Positions 1 to 7,875 of a stretch of 28,118 nt of DNA are shown in pieces (within the stretch, counting starts at the first letter, position 1; every line of letters starts with the position of its first letter). The notes under the pieces are model-generated. The model was not told where the DNA came from, ran no database searches, and was given only the letters and a program-made list of their open reading frames with translations. Where the stretch lies: NCBI GenBank assembly GCA_964491135.1, contig CAZBFW010000002.1, positions 1 to 28,118 on the forward strand, in the 5' to 3' direction. This DNA comes from an uncultured Phycisphaeraceae bacterium. Its GTDB lineage: Bacteria; Planctomycetota; Phycisphaerae; UBA1845. A program made the position numbers and the translations under genes.

Positions 1-221
1 ACGCCCGTCGTGTTCATCCCGGGAATCCAGTCGTTGTTATCCGTCGTGTAATTGCCCAGCCCCTGTGTCAGGCCGCGCATCTGCGAACTGCATACGACCG
101 CTTTCGCCTGATCGCGCGCCCGTTGCAGGCTTGGCAACAGGATGGACACCAGCAGCGCGATGATCGAGACCACCACCAGCAGCTCGATCAGGGTAAACCC
201 GGAGCGCAGCCCGGCCGCCAC
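1..221 (-). CDS. Prepilin-type N-terminal cleavage/methylation domain protein (planctomycete DUF1559/type II secretion pseudopilin-like), 3' end outside window
   Basis: Not in the ORF track. Manual minus-strand translation from GTG 221 gives MAAGLRSGFTLIELLVVVSIIALLVSILLPSLQRARDQAKAVVCSSQMRGL..., with the class III signal G|FTLIE followed by the typical LLPSL..AR..A...C motif. The frame is open to base 1; the start codon is tentative. Confidence 0.92.
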   Translation of the reverse strand, partial: MAAGLRSGFTLIELLVVVSIIALLVSILLPSLQRARDQAKAVVCSSQMRGLTQGLGNYTTDNNDWIPGMNTTG

Positions 222-243
222 TACGTCCCGTGCCGTGAGGCGC

Positions 244-594
244 TCACGGCGCCGACTTGACTTCCAGCGTATTCTTGTCGACATACTGGTTGACCTCCGC
301 CAGCCCCGCCAGGACACCGCGGTAGTGCGAATCCACGAAGAGCTTGCCATCCCGGCGCACACAGGGAATCAGGGTCGCCTTCTTGGTCTCCGGATTCTCG
401 ACCGGCACGGACGAAATGGTCTTCCGGTCGAGCTCGTACGTCTTTCCCGTCGCCACGCAGACGAAGCTCACCGTGTCACCGATCGGCGACCCGCTTGGCC
501 ACAGCCACCAGGCCAGGAGGCCGGCGGCGACCAAGGCTACGACGATGAGCCCCACTTGCACCCGCGGGCTGATCTGCTCTCCTAACGAGGCCAT
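244..594 (-). CDS. Small single-pass membrane protein (hypothetical), upstream partner of the prepilin gene
   Basis: 116 aa. One N-terminal hydrophobic helix (VQVGLIVVALVAAGLLAWWLW), then a soluble domain with CVATGKTY and NPETKKATLIPC. Ends about 22 nt before the prepilin start on the same strand. Confidence 0.75.
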   Translation of the reverse strand: MASLGEQISPRVQVGLIVVALVAAGLLAWWLWPSGSPIGDTVSFVCVATGKTYELDRKTISSVPVENPETKKATLIPCVRRDGKLFVDSHYRGVLAGLAEVNQYVDKNTLEVKSAP

Positions 595-732
595 GCGACA
601 TGCTCGACTGGGCCGGTTGAGGCCGCTACTGGGTTTCCTTCCGTTACGTCGAAGCCCTCTGAGCTAACCTGCGTGCTCCGCTGCAATAACGCAACGGTCC
701 GGCTACGGACACCCCCCCTGCCTACTATGCGT

Positions 733-761
733 AGACTAGCCGAAGGACCCCGGGTTTGCAA
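733..761 (-). promoter_or_regulatory. Candidate sigma70 promoter TTGCAA-N17-TAGTCT for the membrane protein/prepilin genes
   Basis: On the minus strand, -35 TTGCAA (761-756), a 17-nt spacer and -10 TAGTCT (738-733), about 140 nt upstream of ATG 594. Confidence 0.45.
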
Positions 762-1115
762 CAATTCCGCCGCCGAATCTGCGTTTAAGAATGCGCTAAG
801 CGCCCTGGCAGGCCCTTCCCGAAACGGCCCTTGGACCCCCGCGGTGCTCTACCTGGCGACCCCCGCGCAGCCCGACCGTTCGCCCATTGCGCCCACGATG
901 CAGGCCCATCCCAGATTCACAGGAGCCCACCGTTGTGGTTTTGCGCAATGTCACAGACCCAGCACTCGCGCAACCCCCTGGACAGACCGACGTTCGGGCT
1001 TTGGGCCGCCTGAGATGTTCCCCTCACGATGATCGGGCGACGGCGCCACGCTGGTGTGTTTTCAGAACGGCCGATCTTCAGGACGGCTTACGGCCCCGTG
1101 GGTGGTGGTTCCAAT

Positions 1116-1147
1116 AAAAAGGGTCGGCGCCGTGTCGACACCGACCC
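1116..1147 (-). terminator. Rho-independent terminator downstream of the PEP-CTERM genes
   Basis: Minus strand reads GGGTCGGTG-TCGACACGG-CGCCGACCC-TTTTT: a 9-bp stem with one G-C/T-G variation and a U-tract, about 50 nt after the TAA at 1196. Confidence 0.7.
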
Positions 1148-1195
1148 GCGTGGCAGCCATTGTGGTTGCGGCCGGATCGCCGGCCCGGGGAACCC

Positions 1196-1351
1196 TTAGC
1201 GACGTCGCAAGCCGAGGACCAGTCCTCCAGCCAGCAGGACGAGCGTGGCCGGCTCGGGAACCACGTCCGCAAACGTGGTGCCCACGAGCACGTTGTCGAT
1301 CGTCTTACCCGCCGCGCCGTTGCTCTGCCAAAGCACGAACTGCGTGATCGG
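1196..1351 (-). pseudogene. Orphan 3' fragment of a second PEP-CTERM protein gene
   Basis: Not in the ORF track. Minus frame reads PITQFVLWQSNGAAGKTIDNVLVGTTFADVVPEPATLVLLAGGLVLGLRRR*, a perfect VPEP + TM + RRR sorting signal. The frame is closed by TGA at 1459-1457 with no ATG and no signal peptide upstream. Confidence 0.8.
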
Positions 1352-1410
1352 CGCGCGAGTGAACCGATCAAGCGATTCAGCCTTCGAGAACAGAGGGCTT
1401 CGCGCAATGA

Positions 1411-1450
1411 GAAGGTCGCAGGGACGCCTCTCGACGCCCTCGCGACCTTC
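1411..1450. terminator. Strong hairpin directly downstream of the intact PEP-CTERM gene (terminator or RNA-stabilising stem)
   Basis: Perfect 9-bp arms GAAGGTCGC...GCGACCTTC, extended by AGGG/CCCT, 66 nt past the stop at 1516. The U-tract is poor. Confidence 0.45.
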
Positions 1451-1515
1451 GTTTCCTCAACCCTGTCGTGCGGAAGCCGTGGGTGCGCCCGCGCGGCACA
1501 CCGGTTCCCGGCATC

Positions 1516-2196
1516 CTACCGACGGCGCAACAATGCCAACCCGCCGATCGCCATGAGAGCCAGGCTCGCGGGCTCCGGCACGCCTTCGATCCTGACGGTG
1601 TCCACGCGGTCGGTTCCAGTGGCAGCGACCGGTAAGCCGTTGACCGCAACATCGGTAGTCATCGTCAGGCGAAAGTAGATCGTCGCCTGGTTGTCAAGCG
1701 CCGACGGGCCCGCAACCGGCCCGAACGCGTACTCCGGATGGTACAACGTCGAACTCCAGTTCCCGGGAGGGCTGGCGTTGGCGAGGACCGCGTAGCTGGA
1801 AATGGTCGTGAAATTCAGGCCGTCCGTGCTCCACTGCAGGTCAAAATCCCGCGGCCCGGTGCTGCTGGATGTCTGATCCCACGTGATCGTGATGCCGCTG
1901 TATCCGACCGTACTGGTCTGAAACTGGTAGTAATCGCCAATGGCCCACTCGTTCGAACTGAATGATTCGGCTGTTCCATTCCCCACGGGGTTTGACCAGT
2001 CGGTGCCCGCGCTGGCATGCAAACCGTTGCCGATCGAGGTCGCCGCAAACAACCCACCCTCTGCGACAAGGTCCGGGGACGCCGCCGAGTTGTTCAGGAG
2101 GGGGACACTGGTCTCAAACGTCCACTCGGCCAGCGTAGCCGCCTGCACCGCGCCCGCCACCAAGCACACTGCCAATACTGCACCAAGAATTCTCAT
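1516..2196 (-). CDS. PEP-CTERM (exosortase-targeted) surface protein
   Basis: Start reassigned to ATG 2196, with RBS AAGGAGG 8 nt upstream; 226 aa. Sec signal MRILGAVLAVCLVAGAVQA, Ser/Thr-rich body (about 20%), C-terminal VPEPASLALMAIGGLALLRRR. Confidence 0.95.
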   Translation of the reverse strand: MRILGAVLAVCLVAGAVQAATLAEWTFETSVPLLNNSAASPDLVAEGGLFAATSIGNGLHASAGTDWSNPVGNGTAESFSSNEWAIGDYYQFQTSTVGYSGITITWDQTSSSTGPRDFDLQWSTDGLNFTTISSYAVLANASPPGNWSSTLYHPEYAFGPVAGPSALDNQATIYFRLTMTTDVAVNGLPVAATGTDRVDTVRIEGVPEPASLALMAIGGLALLRRR

Positions 2197-2348
2197 TTCT
2201 TCATCCTCCTTCGGACAGATCGTGTTGAGCACACCCGAATCGCGCCGTGACGCGATCGAGAAAGAACGCCTGCACTCTCACTCTCTACCCTGGAGGCTAC
2301 CCCTCACGGAAGCCGGAAGTGTTGCCTCTTCCCTCGATTCCCCGCTCC

Positions 2349-2376
2349 AGTTTACCGCTTTCCCTGCGCGGATCAA
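2349..2376 (-). promoter_or_regulatory. Candidate sigma70 promoter TTGATC-N16-TAAACT for the PEP-CTERM gene
   Basis: Minus-strand hexamers at 2376-2371 and 2354-2349, about 150 nt upstream of ATG 2196. Confidence 0.35.
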
Positions 2377-2715
2377 TGCCCAATTCGATGAAACGTTTTT
2401 AACTCGGTCTTGACCCGCGTCCTGCATCAGATTTGACCGAAACTTGTTGTCGCTCGGCGGGTTACGGGGCGGAAGCGGTGGAATTCAGGCAGGACGGGTC
2501 AGGCCGGCTGCGCGCGGGCCTCCTGCCGCGGGGGCCGCTCGCCGTGCGCGTATCCCGGGGCGGCTCCTCAGCGCGTCGCTGAGGTGAACGCAGGTGGGTT
2601 TCGGCCGGGACCGTTGTTTCCCAACCCCGGGACATTGTGGTAGCCTCACGGGCCCGACGGGCGAGTTGGCGGTCGCCCGGAACGTCTGCCGCAGGTCCAG
2701 TGGAGGAGGGTCCCC

Positions 2716-4098
2716 ATGATCCCGCATTACGCAGTCGGCCGCATTCTGGGATGGTTCACTCTTGGTGCCGTCGGGGCGATGCTTCTGACGGGATGGAGCG
2801 GATGCACGTCCGAAGACGCTCCCGCGGGTCCCGCAGGCCCGACCCAGCCCGCCCAGCTCGTCATTTTGACCCCCCACAGCGAGCTGATTCGCGAAGTGTT
2901 TGGAGCAGAGTTCTCCGCATGGCATCAGAAGAATCACAAGCAGTTCGTCGAGATCCAGTGGATCTCCATGGGCACCGTGGACTGCCTGGACTACGTGAAT
3001 CGGCTGGATGAGCCGGCCGGTGAATCGAGGATCCGGGTCCGGCCCGACCTGCTCTTCGGGGGCGGCATCACGGAGCACGAGTTGCTCGCGCGTCGCGGCC
3101 AGGCCCAAGCGCTCGACCTCAAGGACGCGGTGGCGGACATCCCGGAAACCATCCTGGGCCTTCCCACCCGCGATGGGAAGGGACACTGGCACGCCACGGC
3201 CTTCTCCGGATTCGGGATTCTCTTCAACCGACATGCGTGTGAGCAGCGAGCCGTTCCCGTGCCGACCACCTGGGCGGACGTCGCTCAGCCGGAATATTAC
3301 GGATGGGTTGCGCTGGCGGACCCCAACCACAGCGGAAGCAATCGCCAGTGCCTGACCCTCATTCTGCAGAAGTACGGATGGAATGAGGGATGGCCCATCA
3401 TCCTCCGCATCGCCGCCAATTCCCGCGCCCTGCTCCCCAGCAGCACCGAGGTGACCTCGGCCGTCCGCAACGGGGTGGCCCTGGCGGGCCCGTCCGCCAG
3501 CTTCACGGCCATGCAGGAAGTCGAGCAGTCCGCCGGGCGGCTGTCGTACGCCAACCCGCCGACCGCAAGCGCCATGACACCGGACGTCATTACCCTGCTG
3601 AATGGTGCCGAGCATCCCGAAGTGGCCGAGCGATTCGTTCGGTTCTGCCTGAGCGAGCCCGGGCAGGCCCTCTGGGGCGTGCGGGCGGAGGCTCGCGGCG
3701 GATATCGCGACACGTTGTACCGCCATCCGGTGCTGCCCGGGGTCTACGAGAAATACACGGGCAAGATGGCGGTTGCAGAGAACCCGTTGGCCATGAAGAG
3801 CGAGTTCGCGCTGGACATGGTCCAGGTCGAAAAGCAGTGGGACATTGTCGCTCCCTTGCTGTGGGCCGCCGCCGGTGAGAACGGGATTCTGCTCCAGAAC
3901 TGCTGGAAGCGCCTCATCGACGCGGGCCTGCCGCCCGAGGCCGTGGCCGAGTTGACCCGACCTCCATTCCGTGAGGATGAGGCGTACGCCCTCGGCTTGA
4001 AGGTGGCGGCGGGCGGTCCCGAGGCGGACGCCCTGGTGGCTGACTGGACGCGCCAGTTTCGCGAGCGGTACGAGAAGGTCCTGGCCACGTTGCAGTAG
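2716..4098 (+). CDS. Extracellular solute-binding lipoprotein, class II PBP (Fe3+/thiamine/phosphonate-type ABC family)
   Basis: RBS GGAGGAGG at 2702-2709. Lipobox-like WSGC (Cys30). Motifs LVILTPH, DLLFGGG, ALADPNHSGS, LNGAEHPEVAERFVRFCLSEPGQ are typical of Fbp-like binding proteins. Carries a C-terminal helical extension. Confidence 0.85.
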   Translation: MIPHYAVGRILGWFTLGAVGAMLLTGWSGCTSEDAPAGPAGPTQPAQLVILTPHSELIREVFGAEFSAWHQKNHKQFVEIQWISMGTVDCLDYVNRLDEPAGESRIRVRPDLLFGGGITEHELLARRGQAQALDLKDAVADIPETILGLPTRDGKGHWHATAFSGFGILFNRHACEQRAVPVPTTWADVAQPEYYGWVALADPNHSGSNRQCLTLILQKYGWNEGWPIILRIAANSRALLPSSTEVTSAVRNGVALAGPSASFTAMQEVEQSAGRLSYANPPTASAMTPDVITLLNGAEHPEVAERFVRFCLSEPGQALWGVRAEARGGYRDTLYRHPVLPGVYEKYTGKMAVAENPLAMKSEFALDMVQVEKQWDIVAPLLWAAAGENGILLQNCWKRLIDAGLPPEAVAELTRPPFREDEAYALGLKVAAGGPEADALVADWTRQFRERYEKVLATLQ

Positions 4099-4194
4099 TC
4101 CGGCTGACCGCTGAGACACGGGCGTTGTGCGTCCGCGTTCCGACACGGCGTGATCCGCGCGGGCGGCTGTGTCGGAGCGGAGGACATGGGGACG

Positions 4195-5247
4195 ATGATC
4201 CCAATTCGGGCCAATCGTTACACGTGCGTTGGGCCGTGCGGCTGTGTCGGGACATCCCGGCCTGGTGCCGGACCGGCGCTGAGGCTCATGGGGGCGATGC
4301 TGCTGTTCCTTCTGCCGGCAGGCTGCGACCGGCCGGGCGGGGCGGAGTCGGCACGTCCGCGCGAGCGGGTCCGGATTGCCCTCGTTGGGGCGTCCGAGAG
4401 CGATCCGCTTTGGCCGGTGTTGCGAAACGGAGCCTTGCGGGCGCAGCGGGATTTCGGTGGAGTCGCAATCGAGACGTTTGTCCCGTCGATCCCCTCGGCC
4501 GAGGCTCAAAGCGAGCTGTTACGGGGCCTGCGGGATCGTGACTTCCTGGCCGTCTGTGTGCAGGTGGCAGAGCCGGAGGCGTTGCGGCCGGCCCTGGAAG
4601 ACGTGCGTTCGGCAGGTGTGTTCGTGGTGACGCTGATGCGGCCGGTGTCGTCTTCGCAGCGGTTTCATCACTGCGGGCCGGACGAGGCCGAGGTCGGGCG
4701 CGCCCTGGCGGACGCACTGGTGGAGTCCATCGAGCGTACCGGGACCATTGCCGTCCTGACGGGCGATGGAGCGGCGGACCCGCGGGCCCGCGTGTTTCGA
4801 GACCGCATTCGCGAGCACGCGGATGTCCATGTTCTTCGCGAGCTGTCCGATGAGGGCACGCCGGAGCAGGTCTGGGCGGTGACGCAGGAGTTCTGCTCTC
4901 GCTATCCGCGGCTGACGGCGCTGGCCCTGGTCAGCGAAGGTCTCCTTGAGGACCCGCTCCTGTGGTCGGCCCCGTTGGCGCCCGACTCGTGCAAGGTTTT
5001 CGGGGTCGGTCCGCTGCCCGCGCGATGGCCCCTGCTGGCCAATCGCCGGTGTCATGCGCTGGTCGGTGCCGAGTATGGCGAGATCGGATATAAAGCCATC
5101 CAGTGGTGCATCGTCGTGGCCCGCAAGGGCGAGCTGCCGCCCCAGGCGTACGCGGTTCCGGTGCATGTGGTGTGGTGCAGCGGGCTGGATGCATGGAAAG
5201 CGCGGTGGGCGCGCTGGACGGAGCCGATTGCCCCGGAGAAGCCGTGA
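4195..5247 (+). CDS. Sugar-type (RbsB/LacI-fold, class I PBP) solute-binding lipoprotein, divergent
   Basis: RIALVG..DPLWPVLRNGALRA, AVCVQ, GVFVVTL, GRALADAL..GTIAVLTG, YGEIGYKAIQ follow the Peripla_BP_4 pattern. Lipobox PAGC. Start uncertain: ATG 4195 has GGAGGA 10 nt upstream, while the ORF track starts at 4150. Confidence 0.75.
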   Translation: MIPIRANRYTCVGPCGCVGTSRPGAGPALRLMGAMLLFLLPAGCDRPGGAESARPRERVRIALVGASESDPLWPVLRNGALRAQRDFGGVAIETFVPSIPSAEAQSELLRGLRDRDFLAVCVQVAEPEALRPALEDVRSAGVFVVTLMRPVSSSQRFHHCGPDEAEVGRALADALVESIERTGTIAVLTGDGAADPRARVFRDRIREHADVHVLRELSDEGTPEQVWAVTQEFCSRYPRLTALALVSEGLLEDPLLWSAPLAPDSCKVFGVGPLPARWPLLANRRCHALVGAEYGEIGYKAIQWCIVVARKGELPPQAYAVPVHVVWCSGLDAWKARWARWTEPIAPEKP

Positions 5248-7388
5248 GCGATAACAGCGGAGCAGGGCCTTCCGTCGACGGGCGGGCAGAGGCAGAGTCG
5301 ACGGCGAGCGGGCCGCGGTGCGAACCGTTTGACCTGCAGGCCTGGGTGGGGCCGGCGTGCCTGGCCGCCCTGCTGGTGTTGACCTTTCTGGCGTTTCTGC
5401 CCGTGCTGTCGGCCGGTTTCGTCAACCTGCTGGACGATCGCTACCTGCTGCAGAACCCACGCTTCCGCGGTTTGGGGGGCGAGCAGCTCCGCTGGATGCT
5501 CACGACGTTCCACGGCGGGCACTACCAACCCCTGACGTGGCTGAGCTACGCGCTGGATTACACCGTCTGGGGCATCGGCCGACCGGAGCGGTTTCATCTG
5601 ACCAACCTCCTCATCCATCTATGCGGAACCGCCGCTTTCTTCTTTGTCACCCGGCGTCTTTTGCGGGCGGCGGGAACGGTGACCCTCGCTCCGTATGACA
5701 CCCTGGCGGCGGCGGTGGCGGCGGCGGTGTTCGCGATTCATCCTCTTCGGGTGGAATCCGTGGCATGGATCACGCAACGGCGCGACGTGCTCAGCGGCGT
5801 GCTCTTCTTCCTTTCCGTCTGGGCCTACCTTCGGTACACGGACCGGCCTGCCGCATCCGCAGGCTGGATCATCGGGTCCGTGTTGCTCTACGTGGTCTCC
5901 ATGCTCGCGAAGGCGGCGGTTCTGGGCATGCCGCTGGTGCTGCTGGTGCTGGATGTCTACCCGCTGCGGCGGATCGGCGGGGCCGCCGGCTGGTTTGGCA
6001 CGGCCGCTCGCCGCGTGTGGGCGGAGAAGCTGGCGTTCCTGCTGTTTGCCCTGATCTTTGCCGGCGTCGCGTACACCGCGCAGGACGATGCCGGGGCGTT
6101 CCATTCGCTTGCGGACTACGGACTCACCGCCCGCATCGACCAGGCGGTTTACGGGCTGACCTTTTACGTGGTCAAGACGCTTCACCCCGTAGACCTGGCG
6201 CCGATGATCGAGATTCCGCAAGGACCCGTATCCCTGGGTGCGGGTTTCGCCGTTCGGCTGGCCGCTCTCGCGTTGCTAACGGCCGGACTGATCCTGCTTC
6301 GAAGACGCTGCCCGGCCGGGCTGGCCGTCTGGATCGTGTACGTGGTGCTTCTGGCCCCCGTGCTGGGCATCACGCAGGCGGGACCGCAGCTTGTGGCGGA
6401 TCGATACAGCTACCTGTCGTGCACCGGGTTTGCCGTACTGGCCGGCGGTGCGGTGCTTGGGGTCGCCCGACTGCGGGCCCGCGAGCACATCGCACCGGCC
6501 GTGGCGCGGGCGGCGGGCATCGCAGCGGGCGTCGTGATCGCCAGCCTTTCCATCCTGACGTTCGCCCAGGCGGGCGTCTGGCAGAACTCAGTCACCTTGT
6601 GGCGGCAGGGCGTGGCCATCAGCCCGAACAGCCTGATCGCCCACGTGAACCTCGGGGACGGGCTGCTCAAGAAGCAGCAAATGGAGGAAGCAGAGCCACA
6701 CTACCGCCGGGCACTGGAGATCGAACCGAACGACGCCAAGGCCCACAACGGGCTCGCTCTCGTACTGATGAGTCGGGGGGACATGCAAACGGCACGGAAG
6801 CACCTGGAGCATGCCGTTGCGGCGGATCCGGAGTATTCATTCGCCTGGTCCAATCTCGGCTTTGTGGTTGCCGGGTTCGGTGAATTCGAAAAGGCGGCGG
6901 TGGCCTACGGACGGTCCCTGTATCTGGACCCGACCAACGTCGACGTGCGACACCAGCTTGTGGGCATCCTGTTCCACATGGGCCTGAACCATGAGGCGGC
7001 CGCCGTACTGACCGACGGCCTTCGTCGCGCGCCCGACGCGATGAGCCTGGCCGCAACGCTCGCGTGGTTGCGGGCCACCTGCCCGGACGATGCCGTCCGA
7101 AACGCGGACCAGGCAATCGAGCTGGCGGAACGCGTCTGCGAGGCTGAAGGCTACCAGGATCCGTTCTCGCTCCGGACGCTGGCGGCCGCGCACGCGGAGT
7201 CCGGCCGCTTCGACTCAGCCGTCGCGACTGCCGAGAAGGCGCAGCGGATGGCCCTGGAACGGGGACAAGGAGAACTCGCGGCTCTCCTGAATCGGGAGTT
7301 GGACGCATACCGGGCCGGGCGAGCGTGGCGAGAAGTTCCCCCAACCACTCAGCCCGTGACGACCACCGCGCCATCGGAGTCAACGTAA
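5244..7388 (+). CDS. TMTC-like membrane glycosyltransferase (GT-C fold, putative protein O-mannosyltransferase) with C-terminal TPRs
   Basis: GTG start overlapping the upstream TGA (GTGA); 714 aa. About 10 TM helices, acidic LLDD loop, YQPLTWLSY, HPLRVESVAWITQRRDVL, ADRYSYL, WQNSVTLW, then TPRs (AHVNLGDGL, AHNGLALVL, AWSNLGFVV). Confidence 0.88.
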   Translation: MSDNSGAGPSVDGRAEAESTASGPRCEPFDLQAWVGPACLAALLVLTFLAFLPVLSAGFVNLLDDRYLLQNPRFRGLGGEQLRWMLTTFHGGHYQPLTWLSYALDYTVWGIGRPERFHLTNLLIHLCGTAAFFFVTRRLLRAAGTVTLAPYDTLAAAVAAAVFAIHPLRVESVAWITQRRDVLSGVLFFLSVWAYLRYTDRPAASAGWIIGSVLLYVVSMLAKAAVLGMPLVLLVLDVYPLRRIGGAAGWFGTAARRVWAEKLAFLLFALIFAGVAYTAQDDAGAFHSLADYGLTARIDQAVYGLTFYVVKTLHPVDLAPMIEIPQGPVSLGAGFAVRLAALALLTAGLILLRRRCPAGLAVWIVYVVLLAPVLGITQAGPQLVADRYSYLSCTGFAVLAGGAVLGVARLRAREHIAPAVARAAGIAAGVVIASLSILTFAQAGVWQNSVTLWRQGVAISPNSLIAHVNLGDGLLKKQQMEEAEPHYRRALEIEPNDAKAHNGLALVLMSRGDMQTARKHLEHAVAADPEYSFAWSNLGFVVAGFGEFEKAAVAYGRSLYLDPTNVDVRHQLVGILFHMGLNHEAAAVLTDGLRRAPDAMSLAATLAWLRATCPDDAVRNADQAIELAERVCEAEGYQDPFSLRTLAAAHAESGRFDSAVATAEKAQRMALERGQGELAALLNRELDAYRAGRAWREVPPTTQPVTTTAPSEST

Positions 7389-7430
7389 CCGCGCAGACTT
7401 CGTCCCGACGGACCTGGCCGCGAAACCACT

Positions 7431-7682
7431 TCAACTCGCCGAGAAGAACCGGGAATGAGTTCCGCCGGGGCCGACTCGCACCCGCGCTATCCGCAGGCAG
7501 ACGGGACAATGCCCGACGTAGGCCGTGCCCGCGGCGTTCTTGTATATGCGCACGTAGCGGTTGCAGCACTCGAAGAAGACGCCGATCCAGCGACGGCCGA
7601 CGGCCTGGGGGGTCGGGGCCGGCTCCTCGCCCTCGTCGTGAAGGCGAACGCCGTCCAGGATGTAGTCGGGCGAGTCGTCCAT
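7431..7682 (-). CDS. Small Cys-containing hypothetical protein (probable zinc-ribbon), planctomycete-type
   Basis: 83 aa from ATG 7682. Core RWIGVFFECCNRYVRIYKNAAGTAYVGHCPVCLR...VGPGGT.SRFF has CC and CxxC. Confidence 0.75.
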   Translation of the reverse strand: MDDSPDYILDGVRLHDEGEEPAPTPQAVGRRWIGVFFECCNRYVRIYKNAAGTAYVGHCPVCLRIARVRVGPGGTHSRFFSAS

Positions 7683-7875
7683 GGTCAGTCCATCGGGCAT
7701 ATCGGCCGGCGGCCCCGGATGGTTTGAGTTCACGGCGCGGACGCCGCCGGCGGCCTGCCCGTGCGAACGAACGCACGCTCCGGTCCGTGTTATCGGTCGC
7801 GGTCCGGCTTGCTCCAGCGCGGCGCCTCGTGCACAATCGCACCGTGTTCGCCCAATTGGTCTGCGGAATGCCCCC

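Noticed and set aside
142-585. 147-aa plus-strand ORF and other long antisense or alternate-frame ORFs (e.g. 2485-4509, 6667-8811, 9281-10702, 13592-15028, 15224-16465, 16366-17820, 22716-23708, 24638-26563, 26635-27711)
   Set aside because: They shadow well-supported genes on the opposite strand or frame, are Arg/Pro/Gly-rich and carry no family motifs. Long shadow ORFs are expected at this GC content.
733-770. GCAAACC on the minus strand, suggesting a c-di-GMP-I riboswitch
   Set aside because: The GNRA loop, receptor and GACGCAAAGC elements are absent; the segment is better explained as a -35 box.
2540-2700. Possible TPP or cobalamin riboswitch ahead of the solute-binding protein
   Set aside because: Only a CTGAG fragment is present; the conserved ATACC/CCTGAT or GGGAA...GCAACTGT elements are missing.
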